A DNA stretch of 64,000 nt from an uncultured Gemmatimonadaceae bacterium. GTDB taxonomy: Bacteria; Latescibacterota; UBA2968; UBA8231. A program made the position numbers and the translations under genes. Where the stretch lies: NCBI GenBank assembly GCA_964591015.1, contig CAZPXM010000001.1:41062-105061 (forward strand), in the 5' to 3' direction. Below the pieces are notes generated by a model. The model saw nothing but the letters and a program-made list of their open reading frames with translations. It was not told the origin of the DNA and made no database searches. Positions 51,787 through 61,870 of the stretch are shown here, in pieces (position 1 is the stretch's first letter; the number at the start of each line of letters is the position of its first letter).

Positions 51787-52779
51787 ATGGGCGACAGGTA
51801 TCGCGTGGTCATCACCGACTTCGTGACGGACGTCGGGCTGGAGGAGCGGCTGCTGGGCGACCTGGCGGCCGTGGAGGCGGTGCAGGCCACGGCCGAGGAG
51901 CAGCTGCGCGGTCGGGTCGAAGACGCGGACGCGCTCCTCGTGTACCACTACATCGCGCTCGGCGCCGCGACGATCGAGCGGCTGCGGCGCTGCCGCGTGA
52001 TCGTCCGGTGCGGCGTCGGGTACGACAACGTGGATGGTGCCTGCGCGCGGCGGCGGGGGATTCCTCTGTGCAACGTCCCCGACTACGGCACCGAGGACGT
52101 GGCGGATTCGACCATGGGGTTGCTGCTGGCGCTGGCGCGCGGCATCGGGGTGCTGAACTCGCGCCTGCGGGCCGGTCTGGGGTCATGGTCCTACACCCAG
52201 GCGGCCCCGCTGCTGCGGCTGCGCGACCGGGTGCTGGGCATCGTGGGCCTGGGCCGCATCGGCACGGCGGTGGCGCTGCGCGCGCGCGCCCTGGGTATGG
52301 ACGTGGTGTTCTACGACCCCTACCGGCCGGACGGCGTCGAGCGGGCCATCGGCGTGCGGCGCGCCTGGACGCTGGAGGAGCTGCTGGCCCAGGCCTTCGT
52401 GCTGAGCGTTCACTGCCCGCTGACCGCCGAGACGGCGGGCATGATCGGGGCGGCGGCTTTGGCGCGGCTGCCGCGCGGCGCGTACCTGGTCAACACCGCG
52501 CGCGGCGGCATCGTCGACACGGGCGCGGTGGCCGACGCGATCGCGTCGGGCCAGCTGGCGGGGGCCGGCATCGACGTGCTGCCGGTGGAGCCGCCCCCGC
52601 CCGACGATCGGCTGGTGGCGGCCTGGCGCGATTCTGCGCACCCCGCCCATCACCGCGTGCTCATCACCCCGCACGTGGCGTTCTACTCCGAGCAGGGACT
52701 GGAGGACATGCGGGTGAAGGGGGCCGCGGGTGTGCGCCGGGCGCTGCTGGGCGAACCCCTCCGCAACGTGGTGAACTGA
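51787..52779 (+). CDS. D-isomer-specific 2-hydroxyacid dehydrogenase (CtBP-like)
   Basis: RCGVGYDNVD, NVPDYGTEDVAD, GIVGLGRIG, VNTARGGIVD, GIDV...EP, ITPHVAFYS. Confidence 0.93.
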   Translation: MGDRYRVVITDFVTDVGLEERLLGDLAAVEAVQATAEEQLRGRVEDADALLVYHYIALGAATIERLRRCRVIVRCGVGYDNVDGACARRRGIPLCNVPDYGTEDVADSTMGLLLALARGIGVLNSRLRAGLGSWSYTQAAPLLRLRDRVLGIVGLGRIGTAVALRARALGMDVVFYDPYRPDGVERAIGVRRAWTLEELLAQAFVLSVHCPLTAETAGMIGAAALARLPRGAYLVNTARGGIVDTGAVADAIASGQLAGAGIDVLPVEPPPPDDRLVAAWRDSAHPAHHRVLITPHVAFYSEQGLEDMRVKGAAGVRRALLGEPLRNVVN

Positions 52780-52855
52780 GACCGCCTGCCCGGGCGGGTT
52801 CGGAGCGGGGGCAGCGGCGGGATGGCCGGTACCTGACCAGAGAGGAGGCGGACCC

Positions 52856-54340
52856 ATGCGGATCCTGTTCATCGACATCGACACCCTGCGGCCGGATCAT
52901 CTGTCCTGCTACGGCTATCACCGGCACACCTCGCCGCACATCGATGCCGTGGCGGCCGAGGGCGTGCGCCTGACGGACTACTATGCGTCGGACACGCCCT
53001 GCCTGCCGAGCCGGACGGCGCTGTTCACCGGCCGCTTCGGCGTGTGCACGGGGACGGTCAACCACGGCGGCGAGTACGCGGACCTGCCGCTGGAAGGGGC
53101 GGCGCGCGGCTTCCGCCAGGGCTTCGCCGCGACGGCGCTGGGCGCCGTCCTGCGCCGCGCCGGCCTGCACACCGCGACCATCAGCCCCTTCCCCAGTCGA
53201 CACACGGCGTACCACATGCTGTACGGCTTCACCGAGGCCTACGACACGGGCAGCGGCGGCCTCGAGAACGCGGACGACGTGTATCCGCCGGCGCGGCGCT
53301 GGCTGCAGGCCAACGGAGCCCGCGACAACTGGTTCCTGCACGTCAACTTCTGGGATCCGCACACGCCCTACGATCACCCCGAGAGCCACGGCAACCCGTT
53401 CGCCACCGAGCCGCTGGAGCCGTGGCTCACCGAGGAGCTGATCGCCCGGCAGCGCGAGAGCTTCGGGCCGCACAGCGCCCGGGAGGTGCCGGGCGAGACC
53501 GACGAGCTGCCGCCCCGGTGGCGGATGGGGCGCGGCAGCATCGCCAGCCTGGCGGACGCCAAGGCCCACTATGATGGATACGACACCGGCATCCATTTCG
53601 TCGACCAGTACGTGGGGCGGCTCGTCCAGGACCTGCGCGACCTGGGCCTCTACGAGGACACGGCCATCGTCATCACTGCGGACCATGGCGAGAACCAGGG
53701 CGAACTGAATGTCTGGGGAGACCACCAGACCGCCGATTACGTCTGCAACCGCATCCCGCTGATCGTCCGCTGGCCCGGGGTCACGGATGGGCAGGCCGGG
53801 CGGGCCCTGGGCGGCCTGCACTACAACGTCGATCTGGCGGCGACGCTGGCCGAGCTGGTGGGTGCGGAGGCGCCGGCGGTCTGGAACGGCCGCAGCTTCG
53901 CCGCAGCCCTGGCGCGCGGCGAGGCTGCCGGGCGCGACTTCCTGGTGCTCGGCCACGGGGCCTGGAGCTGCCAGCGCAGCGCGCGCTGGGGCGACTACCT
54001 GCTGATCCGCACCTACCACACCGGGATGAAGGAGTTCCCGGAGTACATGCTCTTCGACGTGGCCCGCGATCCGCACGAGCTGCAGAGCCTGGCGGCGACG
54101 CGCCCCGAGCTGGTGGCGCACGGCCTGCTGCTGATCGACCGCTGGCTCGGCGCGCGCATGCCCGAGGCGCTGCGCGGCGATCCCTTCTGGGGCATCATCC
54201 GCGAGGGCGGCCCGCTGCACGCCAACGAGCGCCACCCGCGCTGGGGCCGCTATCTGGAGCGCCTCCGGCAGACGGGCCGCGCCCACCATGCGCAGCGGCT
54301 CGAGCGGTTCGGCGGCCGGCCGTTCACCAGCGGTCTGTAG
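52856..54340 (+). CDS. Formylglycine-dependent sulfatase
   Basis: ILFIDIDTLRPDHL, CLPSRTALFTG (CxPxR), WDPHTPY, ITADHGE, IPLIVRWPG. Confidence 0.93.
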   Translation: MRILFIDIDTLRPDHLSCYGYHRHTSPHIDAVAAEGVRLTDYYASDTPCLPSRTALFTGRFGVCTGTVNHGGEYADLPLEGAARGFRQGFAATALGAVLRRAGLHTATISPFPSRHTAYHMLYGFTEAYDTGSGGLENADDVYPPARRWLQANGARDNWFLHVNFWDPHTPYDHPESHGNPFATEPLEPWLTEELIARQRESFGPHSAREVPGETDELPPRWRMGRGSIASLADAKAHYDGYDTGIHFVDQYVGRLVQDLRDLGLYEDTAIVITADHGENQGELNVWGDHQTADYVCNRIPLIVRWPGVTDGQAGRALGGLHYNVDLAATLAELVGAEAPAVWNGRSFAAALARGEAAGRDFLVLGHGAWSCQRSARWGDYLLIRTYHTGMKEFPEYMLFDVARDPHELQSLAATRPELVAHGLLLIDRWLGARMPEALRGDPFWGIIREGGPLHANERHPRWGRYLERLRQTGRAHHAQRLERFGGRPFTSGL

Positions 54341-54439
54341 CGCCCCAGCGTCCCGCCGGCAGACCGGCAGGCCGGGCGCCCGGAGCCTGGCTGGCGGCGA
54401 GTCGCGGGGCCAGGACGAGCCGAACCCGGGAGTCGTGCC

Positions 54440-56410
54440 ATGCGAGCGGCAGAGCTGCGTTTCCGCCAGATCCACCTGGACTTCCACACGAGCGAGCACA
54501 TCACGCGCATCGGCGCGGACTTCGACGCCGGGGAGTTCGCCGAGACGCTGGCCCGGGCGCGTGTGGACTCGGTGACCTGCTTCGCGCGCTGCCACCACGG
54601 CTGGATCTACTTCGACACGCAACGCCACCCGGAGCGCCGGCATCCGCACCTCCAGCGCAACCTGCTGCGCGAGCAGATCGAGGCCTGCCACGCGCGCGGC
54701 ATCCGGGTGCCGATCTACGTGACCGTCCAGTGGGATCACTTCACGGCCGGCCAGCATCCCGAGTGGCTGTGCCTGACCGCCGACGGTCAGCTCCAGGGGA
54801 CGGCGCCGTACCAGGCCGGCTTCTACCGCAAGCTGTGCGTCAACACGCCCTACGTGGACTGGCTGAAGGAGCACGTGCAGGAGATTCTCGATACCTTGCC
54901 GGTCGACGGCTTCTTCTTCGACATCGTGCAGCCCAACGACTGCTCCTGCGAGCACTGCCGCCGTGGCATGGTGGAGGCCGGTCTCGATCCGTCCGACCCG
55001 GCGGCGCGGCAGGCGTACGGCCTGGAGACCGTGAACGCCTTCAAGCGCGACATGACCCTCTTCGTCCGGCAGCAGAACGCCGACTGCACGCTGTTCTACA
55101 ACGCCGGGCACATCGGGCCCCGGCACCGCCACGTCGTGGACGCCTACACCCACTTCGAGCTGGAGTCGCTGCCGAGCGGCGGCTGGGGCTACCTGCACTT
55201 CCCGCTCACCATGCGCTACGCCCGCGGGCTGGGCCGGGACTGCCTGGGCATGACCGGCAAGTTTCACACCACCTGGGGCGATTTTCACTCGTTCAAGAAC
55301 CCGGCGGCGCTGGAGTTCGAGTGCTTCCAGATGCTGGCGCTGAACGCCAAGTGCTCGGTGGGGGACCAACTCCATCCCACCGGCCGCCTGTGCGCCCACA
55401 CGTACGCGCTGATCGGCAGGGTCTACCGCCAGGTAGAGCGCAAGGAGCCGTGGTGCCGGGGCGCCCGGCCGGTGACCGAGATCGGCGTGTACCACCCCGA
55501 GGAGTTCGCCGGCGGCCACAGCCGCCTGCCGGAGGCGGCGCTGGGGGTCGTCCGCATGCTCCAGGAGGGGCGGCACCAGTTCGACCTCATCGATACGCAC
55601 GCCGAGCTGGACGGCTATCGCCTGGTGGTCCTGCCCGAATGCATCCCCCTGGACGCAGCGCTGCGGGCGCGTCTCGAGAGCTTCCTGGCCGGCGGTGGGG
55701 CGGTGATCGGGGCCTACCGCGGCGGCGTGGACGCCGCAGGCAGGGGGCTCGGCTTCACGGTCAAGGGAGAGGCGCCCTGCGCGCCCGACTTCGTCGTGCC
55801 CGCCGGCGCGCTCGCGGCCGGGCTGGCGCCGACCGCCCACGTGATGTACGCGCGCGGTCTGGAGCTCGAGCCCGGTGCCGGAGCCGCGGTGCTCGCCTGG
55901 ACCGAGGTCCCTTACTTCGAGCGCTCGTGGCGCCACTTCTGCTCGCACCGGCACACGCCTTCGTCGGGGCGGCGGGGCGGGCCCGCGGCGATTCGCTGCG
56001 GCGAGGTGATCCACTTCGCGCACCCGCTCTTCAGCCAGTACGCGCGCAACGCGCCGAGCTGGTGCAAGCGGCTCTTTCTCAACGCAGTCGCGGCGCTGCT
56101 GCCGGAGCCGCTCGTGCGCGCCGAGGGCCCCAGCGGCCTGGTGGCGGCGCTCAACCGTCAGACCGAGCCCAGCCGGCTGGTGCTGCACCTGCTGTACTAC
56201 GTCCCCGAGCGTCGCGGCGCCGATTTCGACGTGGTGGAGGACGTGGTGCCGCTGCACGAGGTGCCCATCTCGGTGCGCGCGGGAGCGGTCGGCCGGGTGG
56301 TGCTGGTACCCGAGGGAGAGACGCTGCCGCACGCGATGCGAGGCGGCCGCTGCGAGTTCGTGGTGCCGCGCATGTGCGGCCACTGCATGGTGGCCCTGGA
56401 GCCGGCCTGA
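54440..56410 (+). CDS. GHL6-family glycoside-hydrolase-like protein with beta-galactosidase trimerisation-like domain
   Basis: FRQIHLDFHTSEHI, FARCHHGW, VDGFFFDI, ELESLPSGGWGY, GMTGKFHTTWGDF, GDQLHPTG. Confidence 0.82.
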   Translation: MRAAELRFRQIHLDFHTSEHITRIGADFDAGEFAETLARARVDSVTCFARCHHGWIYFDTQRHPERRHPHLQRNLLREQIEACHARGIRVPIYVTVQWDHFTAGQHPEWLCLTADGQLQGTAPYQAGFYRKLCVNTPYVDWLKEHVQEILDTLPVDGFFFDIVQPNDCSCEHCRRGMVEAGLDPSDPAARQAYGLETVNAFKRDMTLFVRQQNADCTLFYNAGHIGPRHRHVVDAYTHFELESLPSGGWGYLHFPLTMRYARGLGRDCLGMTGKFHTTWGDFHSFKNPAALEFECFQMLALNAKCSVGDQLHPTGRLCAHTYALIGRVYRQVERKEPWCRGARPVTEIGVYHPEEFAGGHSRLPEAALGVVRMLQEGRHQFDLIDTHAELDGYRLVVLPECIPLDAALRARLESFLAGGGAVIGAYRGGVDAAGRGLGFTVKGEAPCAPDFVVPAGALAAGLAPTAHVMYARGLELEPGAGAAVLAWTEVPYFERSWRHFCSHRHTPSSGRRGGPAAIRCGEVIHFAHPLFSQYARNAPSWCKRLFLNAVAALLPEPLVRAEGPSGLVAALNRQTEPSRLVLHLLYYVPERRGADFDVVEDVVPLHEVPISVRAGAVGRVVLVPEGETLPHAMRGGRCEFVVPRMCGHCMVALEPA

Positions 56411-56567
56411 CAGGAGCAGCGCCCCTCGTCGGGGAGGCACGGGCTGCCCGCGCGAGACTCGCCGTGCGAGGCCGGGCGCGGGAGCCGGGCACATCCCCGC
56501 TGATTGGGGCGCGGCTGCTGGGATCGTGGCCGCGCCCGCTCGGGCCCGGAGACGGAGGCGGCCGCAG

Positions 56568-57242
56568 GTGTGCACGCTGGGAGGCATCGCGCAGGGAGAC
56601 CGAAGGCTCGTGCTGCTGGCCTGCGGGCCCGAGTTGCGCCCGGTGCCCTGGGCGGCGCCAGGCGCAGCCGCGGACCATACAGGGCAGGCGGTGGGCGACG
56701 ACGGACAGCGGCTGCGCTGCGGCGTCAACGACGCGGGGCTGGCGCTGGCGCTGGCGTGGGCGGCCGGGGCTTCGCCCGGCGTCCTCGCGCGCGTCCTGGC
56801 CCGGGCGGGCAGCGTGGCGGCGGCGGCCGAGGAGCTTGCGGCCCAGATGGCCGGCCGGCCGCAGGCGCCGGCTGGCGTGGCGGTGATCGCCGGCCCGGAG
56901 GGGCTGGCGGTGGCTGACTATGGGCCGGACCGAGCCCGCCTCGAGCGCTGCGCGCAGGGGTGCGTGGCGCGCGCGTGCGGGAGCGCCGCGGGCACCGGCG
57001 ACGCGGCAGCGGGCGGGGAGCGGCGGCAGGACGCCATGCTCGGTTTCCTCGACGAGCTGTACGTATGGATGCCGCTGCTCGACGATGAGGACACGATCGA
57101 GCGATGCCAGCAGGCCCTGGAGCGGGGCGCGCTGGCGCAGGACAGCGCGAGAGGACGCGCGATCGTCGATGCAGCGTCGCGCTGCCTGTACGTGGCCGCC
57201 GCACCGGGTCGCTGGCGGGCCATGCCGCTGCGGCGCTGCTGA
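56568..57242 (+). CDS. Degenerate Ntn-hydrolase-fold protein (N-terminal Cys; C45/C59-like)
   Basis: GTG after GGAGG gives M-C-T; GVNDAGLA; LARAGSVAAAAEEL; VIAGPEGLAVAD. Confidence 0.5.
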   Translation: MCTLGGIAQGDRRLVLLACGPELRPVPWAAPGAAADHTGQAVGDDGQRLRCGVNDAGLALALAWAAGASPGVLARVLARAGSVAAAAEELAAQMAGRPQAPAGVAVIAGPEGLAVADYGPDRARLERCAQGCVARACGSAAGTGDAAAGGERRQDAMLGFLDELYVWMPLLDDEDTIERCQQALERGALAQDSARGRAIVDAASRCLYVAAAPGRWRAMPLRRC

Positions 57243-57304
57243 GCGCCTCCCGGGCGCTCGCCGCGCCGCGGCGGCGCGGCAGGGCGCGGCGGGGCGCGGC
57301 CGCC

Positions 57305-58342
57305 TCAGACGCGCCAGGGCTGGAGCCGGCCGGTCACGGCAACGTGCTGGCCCTGGGTGACGCGCGCCGCCCAGGCCTGGGCGACCACGATTCCATCCAC
57401 GCCGGCGCGGATGGGAAACGGCTCCAGGTCGATGCGCTCGAAATCGTGCAGCCAGCCGATGACCTGGCCTGCCGTGACCTCGCAGCCGCAGGGCAGCGCC
57501 TCCTCGTAGTGGCCCGAGAAGGGCGCGACGGAGAAGCACTCCCGGTCGACCATGGCCGCCTTGCGCTGCGTGCCGTCGCGGTGGTGGTCGATCCGGTCGA
57601 TGGCGCCCTCCAGCTGCCCGTGGTGGATGGCGGCGGCCAGCACGCCGTGGCGGCCCCAGCGCACGCCGCTGGCCTGCACGGCCCGGCCCCAGCCCAGCTC
57701 CGCGCCCACGGTGATCTTGCCCAGGCGCTCGGCCTCGCTGGTCAACAGGCCGGGCGTCTCGTTCTGATAGGTGAGCACCAGCGGTGTGCCGAACCAGCGC
57801 GCGGTGGTCTCGCTCTGCCGCGCCTGCCCGGCGTCGGCGACCTCGTGACAGCTGGCACACGGCAGGAAGCGGGTGTCGGCCCCGCCTGCGTGCAGATCGA
57901 GGACGACGTGCACGCGCGGCCAGATGGCCTCGCGGACAAAGGCGGCGATGCGGTGCGTGATGCCCGCCAGGGCCGCGGTCCGGCCGGCACCGTCGACGAA
58001 GGCGCGGTTGAGATTGGCCCCGTCGGCGGCGTTCGAGTCGCGCGTGCCGTGGCGAAAGGCCGCCGCATTCAGCACCGGCACGAGCAGGATGCGGCCGAGG
58101 ACCTGCGCCGCGTCGATCTCCCTGAGCAGACGACGCAGCGCGATCGGCCCCTCGTACTCGTCGCCGTGGGTGGAACCGAAGGCTGCCAGCCCCTGGCCGG
58201 GACGGGCGCGCGGGCCGACGAAGACGGTGAGCGGTATCAGATAGTCGCCCCAGATGGAGTCGTGCTCCAGCGCTACCCAGTAGTCGCGCCTTCCGGGCGA
58301 GTCGAGATCGAGTTCTGCGGGCCTGGCGATCTGGCGTTCCAT
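57305..58342 (-). CDS. Succinylglutamate desuccinylase/aspartoacylase (M14-like) family protein
   Basis: STHGDEYEG, PVLNAAAF, NLNRAF, VLDLHAG, AELGWG, C-terminal biotinyl-like APFSG. Confidence 0.88.
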   Translation of the reverse strand: MERQIARPAELDLDSPGRRDYWVALEHDSIWGDYLIPLTVFVGPRARPGQGLAAFGSTHGDEYEGPIALRRLLREIDAAQVLGRILLVPVLNAAAFRHGTRDSNAADGANLNRAFVDGAGRTAALAGITHRIAAFVREAIWPRVHVVLDLHAGGADTRFLPCASCHEVADAGQARQSETTARWFGTPLVLTYQNETPGLLTSEAERLGKITVGAELGWGRAVQASGVRWGRHGVLAAAIHHGQLEGAIDRIDHHRDGTQRKAAMVDRECFSVAPFSGHYEEALPCGCEVTAGQVIGWLHDFERIDLEPFPIRAGVDGIVVAQAWAARVTQGQHVAVTGRLQPWRV

Positions 58343-58460
58343 GCGATTGGCTCCCGTCGGCAAGGGTGTCGGCTGGATCCTCGTCCGGCGGCGCTCGCCG
58401 GCGCGCGGCGCACTGGCGGCGGGTGCTGCCGGGCACGGGCTGGCCGCTGCCCGGCCGGAT

Positions 58461-59879
58461 TCAGCGCGTGCGCGGGTACTCGCTGTCGGCGAACAGCCCG
58501 TCGATGGCGCTCACCGTCTCGTCCACCAGGATCTGCCCGCCCTCGGGACCGACCCAGTTGGACTTGATGAGGGCGCTGTAGTGGCCGCCCATCAACGCCC
58601 GCTGCGTGGGCAGATAGAAGCCTTCCTGCGAACCGTCGGCCAGCTGGACCAGGAACGTCTGCAGGGCGCGGCTGCGGCACCGGATGCGCCTGCCGTAGTC
58701 GACGAACAGCTCGAACGGGTTGGTGGCGATGGCAGCCTCCCCGAGCCGGATGATGTGGGTCTCCGCCTCGTGCTCCGGATGGTCCGCCTGCTGTTCGTAC
58801 CGCCGCACCAGATCGCTGACCAGGCCGAACGGCCACAGACGCTGAAAGGCGAAGGGCTGCCGGGCGCGTTCCTGCTCGTCCATGGCCGGCAAGCGCTTCT
58901 CCAGCGCGTACTCGTCGGCCGTGACCATGAGCCTGGGCAGGCGCAGGGTTCTCACCTCGTGGCCGAACTCGAGCGTGGCGCGGGCGGGCGAGCGGCTCTG
59001 CAGCCCCTCGTCCAGCGCGGCCATGAGGCGGCGGGCGATGATGCCCTTGGCATCCACTCCCAGGCGGTCGCGCAGGTCCTTCTCCTCCTTCTGGTCGGCC
59101 AGCAGGTGCGGCGAGAGGTCACCGGCCGGGGCGCACTGCGGCAGCAGGTGGACCGCGGCGCCGAAGCGTTCGGCCACCCGCGCGCGCACCTCGTGCCAGT
59201 AGTCCGCGGAGAACGCCGACAGGCCCTCGTCGCACTGGGCGGGGCAGGCCACGTTGGCGACGATCCCGGTCAGGGCGCCGTCCTCCCCGAACGTGTACAG
59301 CATGTTGACGGCGTGATCGTCGCAGGACTCGAAGCCCACGAAGTCCTGGCGGTCCGTCCTGCCGTACATCAGGGCCGAGCCGTCCGCGTACACGGCCCGG
59401 CGACACCGGCCCACGACGGCGTAGCCGAAGCCGCGCGCCACGCGCGCCGGCTGGCGGCCCTCCCAGGCGGCCGCGATGACCTCGGCCAGCCGACGCGCCA
59501 GCCAGGCGCGGTACTCGCCGGGCGGCATGAAGACGGGGTCGCCGACGGGCTCTTGGTACCAGCCGCTGGCCAGGCAGGGCGCGGTGTGCGTGTGGGTGCA
59601 GTTGAGGGTGAGCTTGCGTCGGTCCAGGTCAGGACAACGCCCTGCCAGGGCGGCCACCAGGTCGCTCTTGACGCCCTCGGCGAGCAGGTCGCAGGAGACG
59701 AGGACCGCCTGATCGGCAGCCCCGTCCGGGGCGCGGACCTCCAGGGCCAGTGCCGTGGCCGTCAGGGGCGAGACCACGCGGTCGGAGAGGCGGGCGTGGA
59801 ACTGCCCGCTGACCAGCGTCCGGCGCGGCGGCGTGATGTCGCCCCGGCTCCAACCAGCATGCAGCGTACCCGTGAGCAT
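58461..59879 (-). CDS. Neutral/alkaline ceramidase-like superfamily hypothetical protein
   Basis: GWSRGDITP, NCTHTHTAP, QCAPAGDLSP, IRLGEAAIATNPFELF, YLPT..A..GGHY. Confidence 0.7.
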   Translation of the reverse strand: MLTGTLHAGWSRGDITPPRRTLVSGQFHARLSDRVVSPLTATALALEVRAPDGAADQAVLVSCDLLAEGVKSDLVAALAGRCPDLDRRKLTLNCTHTHTAPCLASGWYQEPVGDPVFMPPGEYRAWLARRLAEVIAAAWEGRQPARVARGFGYAVVGRCRRAVYADGSALMYGRTDRQDFVGFESCDDHAVNMLYTFGEDGALTGIVANVACPAQCDEGLSAFSADYWHEVRARVAERFGAAVHLLPQCAPAGDLSPHLLADQKEEKDLRDRLGVDAKGIIARRLMAALDEGLQSRSPARATLEFGHEVRTLRLPRLMVTADEYALEKRLPAMDEQERARQPFAFQRLWPFGLVSDLVRRYEQQADHPEHEAETHIIRLGEAAIATNPFELFVDYGRRIRCRSRALQTFLVQLADGSQEGFYLPTQRALMGGHYSALIKSNWVGPEGGQILVDETVSAIDGLFADSEYPRTR

Positions 59880-59995
59880 CGAGCACTCCTGTTCGTACGG
59901 CGGCGTGGCCCGGGGGTCGGCGCGGATGCCCTCGGGGCCGCGCGCCCCTCGCGCCGGCATGCGGCGCGCGCCCACGGCGACCGCCGGGCTGCGGT

Positions 59996-60640
59996 TCACG
60001 GCGCGCGCGGAGAGGTCGGCAGGTCGATTCCCACCTGCTGCAGCAGTTGCGCCGTCAGCCGGTAGGTCAGTCCCCACAGCAGGGGCCGGCCGGGTCCCAG
60101 CAGGTCGATGGCGGGCAGGTCGCGTCCCTCCAGGCCCCTGAACGCGAAGGTGCGAACGAGCTGGCGCTCGGGAGCGCACAGCACCGAGATGGGCACCCAG
60201 AACGCCTGCGCGACTTCGGCGTTGGGGCGCACCTGGACGCCCGCCGGCACGGCGAAGACGAACGCTGCCACGCGCACCGGCAGCGACGCTCCGCCCAGCT
60301 CGTCGAGCTGGCCCAGCAGATCGCGCGCGGTCAGCTCCAGGCCCACCTCCTCGTGGGCCTCGCGCAGGGCGGTGGCCAGCAGGTCCGCGTCCTGCGGCTC
60401 GTGCCGGCCGCCGGGAAAGGCGAGGTGTCCCGACCAGGGGTCGTCTGGATGCTGCGTGCGCTCGATGAATAGCAGCTCCGCCTCCGCCGCGCCCGAGCGC
60501 AGCACGGCGGCCACCGCTGCCGGCGTCGCCGCGGGCGCGCCGAGCGCCGCCGGGACGCGGCCGGCCAGGGCGCGGCCGAGCTCGCCAACGCTGACGGCGC
60601 GGCAGGCGCGGCGCGGGGTCGAGGAGCGTACCGGGTTCAT
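59996..60640 (-). CDS. Nudix hydrolase, CoA pyrophosphatase-like
   Basis: SGHLAFPGGR...ATALREAHEEVGL, LWGLT. Confidence 0.9.
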   Translation of the reverse strand: MNPVRSSTPRRACRAVSVGELGRALAGRVPAALGAPAATPAAVAAVLRSGAAEAELLFIERTQHPDDPWSGHLAFPGGRHEPQDADLLATALREAHEEVGLELTARDLLGQLDELGGASLPVRVAAFVFAVPAGVQVRPNAEVAQAFWVPISVLCAPERQLVRTFAFRGLEGRDLPAIDLLGPGRPLLWGLTYRLTAQLLQQVGIDLPTSPRAP

Positions 60641-61566
60641 GGCAGGGGCCTCTCGCCGGCCGCCGCCAGCGCGCGCCAGCTCAGCAGCGATCCCACCACC
60701 AGCGTGCCGCAGCCGAACCACAGCCGCGCCCCGGGCATCACGCGCAGGTACGCGCAGCTCGCCAGCGTCGACAGCAGAGGGGTCAGGTACGAGATGGTCG
60801 CCACCAGCGTCACGTCGGCGCGCCGCATGGCGACCTCCCAGCAGGCGTACGCCGCGGCGGTGGACGAGCCCAGGAAGAGCAGCTCGCCGGTCGCCTGCCA
60901 GCTCCAGACGAACGCCTCGGCAGCGAACAGGCGAACGGCCAGCATCAGCACTCCAGTGGCCGCCACGAAGGCGAACACGGCCCCGCGGGCGCCGGGCGCA
61001 GCCCAGCGGCGGGTCAGCGTCGAGTACAGGGCCCACGAGACTCCGGCCCCCAGGGCCAGGCCGTACGCCAGCGGATTGGCTGCCAGGTTCGCCCGCGTCA
61101 GCCGCCAGGAGAGCCGCTCCTGATGGCTGAGCACGAGAAACACGCCGCCCAGCGACAGCAGCGTGCCCGGCCACAGCAGCCACGCGGCCCGCCGCCGCAA
61201 CAGCACGGTCGAGAAGACGACGGTGAGGGTCGGCCACGTGTAGTTGAGCATGCCCAGCTCGAGTACCTGCACGCGGTCGGCAGCCAGCCCGAGGGCCTGG
61301 TAGAGGGCGAAGGTGTAGAAGACGAACAGGCTGCCGCACCCCAGCAGGTACGCGCGGGGCTGGGCGCGCAGATCCAGCAGCGGTTGCCGCCGCACCCACG
61401 CTGCCGCCGCGATGAGCGCGGCGCTCGTCAGGTACACGGCGGCCACCGCTGTGCGCGCGCCCAGCCGCTCTGCCAGGCTGCGCGCCACCGCGATGGTCAT
61501 GCTCCACAGCCCGATCGCGGCGATGCCGGCGAGGGTGTAGCGGTCGACACGGAGGCGGTCCGGCAT
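60637..61566 (-). CDS. yddG: DMT/EamA family exporter (YddG-like aromatic amino acid exporter)
   Basis: About 10 hydrophobic segments; AIGLWS, LGMLNYTWP, YACWEVAM, SYLTPLLS; 4-nt overlap with the Nudix start. Confidence 0.82.
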   Translation of the reverse strand: MPDRLRVDRYTLAGIAAIGLWSMTIAVARSLAERLGARTAVAAVYLTSAALIAAAAWVRRQPLLDLRAQPRAYLLGCGSLFVFYTFALYQALGLAADRVQVLELGMLNYTWPTLTVVFSTVLLRRRAAWLLWPGTLLSLGGVFLVLSHQERLSWRLTRANLAANPLAYGLALGAGVSWALYSTLTRRWAAPGARGAVFAFVAATGVLMLAVRLFAAEAFVWSWQATGELLFLGSSTAAAYACWEVAMRRADVTLVATISYLTPLLSTLASCAYLRVMPGARLWFGCGTLVVGSLLSWRALAAAGERPLP

Positions 61567-61870
61567 GCGGTCCTGGTCAGCTTCTCGGTCGGTCGCGCCG
61601 GCGAGGCCGAGGCCGACGGCGCCGCCGGACACCGCACGGACACCGCGCGGCGACCAGGCTCCACCCCGGCGCGGGCACCCCGCGCGCCGCCGCCAAGCGG
61701 GCGGCGGGCGGGCGCGGCGAAGATAGGCGCCGCACGGCCGCCGAACAACCCCGCGGCGAGAGCCGGTGCCGCGGCCCGGGCCGCCTGGCGCAGATGGCCC
61801 GCAGAGCCGTCGGTGCGTAGCTTACCGGCCCGATCGCAGCCGGCGTGTCCCATCTTCCCCGGAGTCGCCC

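Noticed and set aside
52664-56728. 1354-aa minus-strand ORF, and similar long antisense ORFs (e.g. 47047-49560, 23513-25903, 37367-38968, 41022-42347)
   Set aside because: They are shadows of real genes on the opposite strand: high GC depletes stop codons, the translations are R/A/G/P-rich and they carry no family motifs.
57271-57300. Three copies of nGGGCGCGGC-like 10-mer between convergent genes
   Set aside because: Too short and GC-biased to distinguish from chance.
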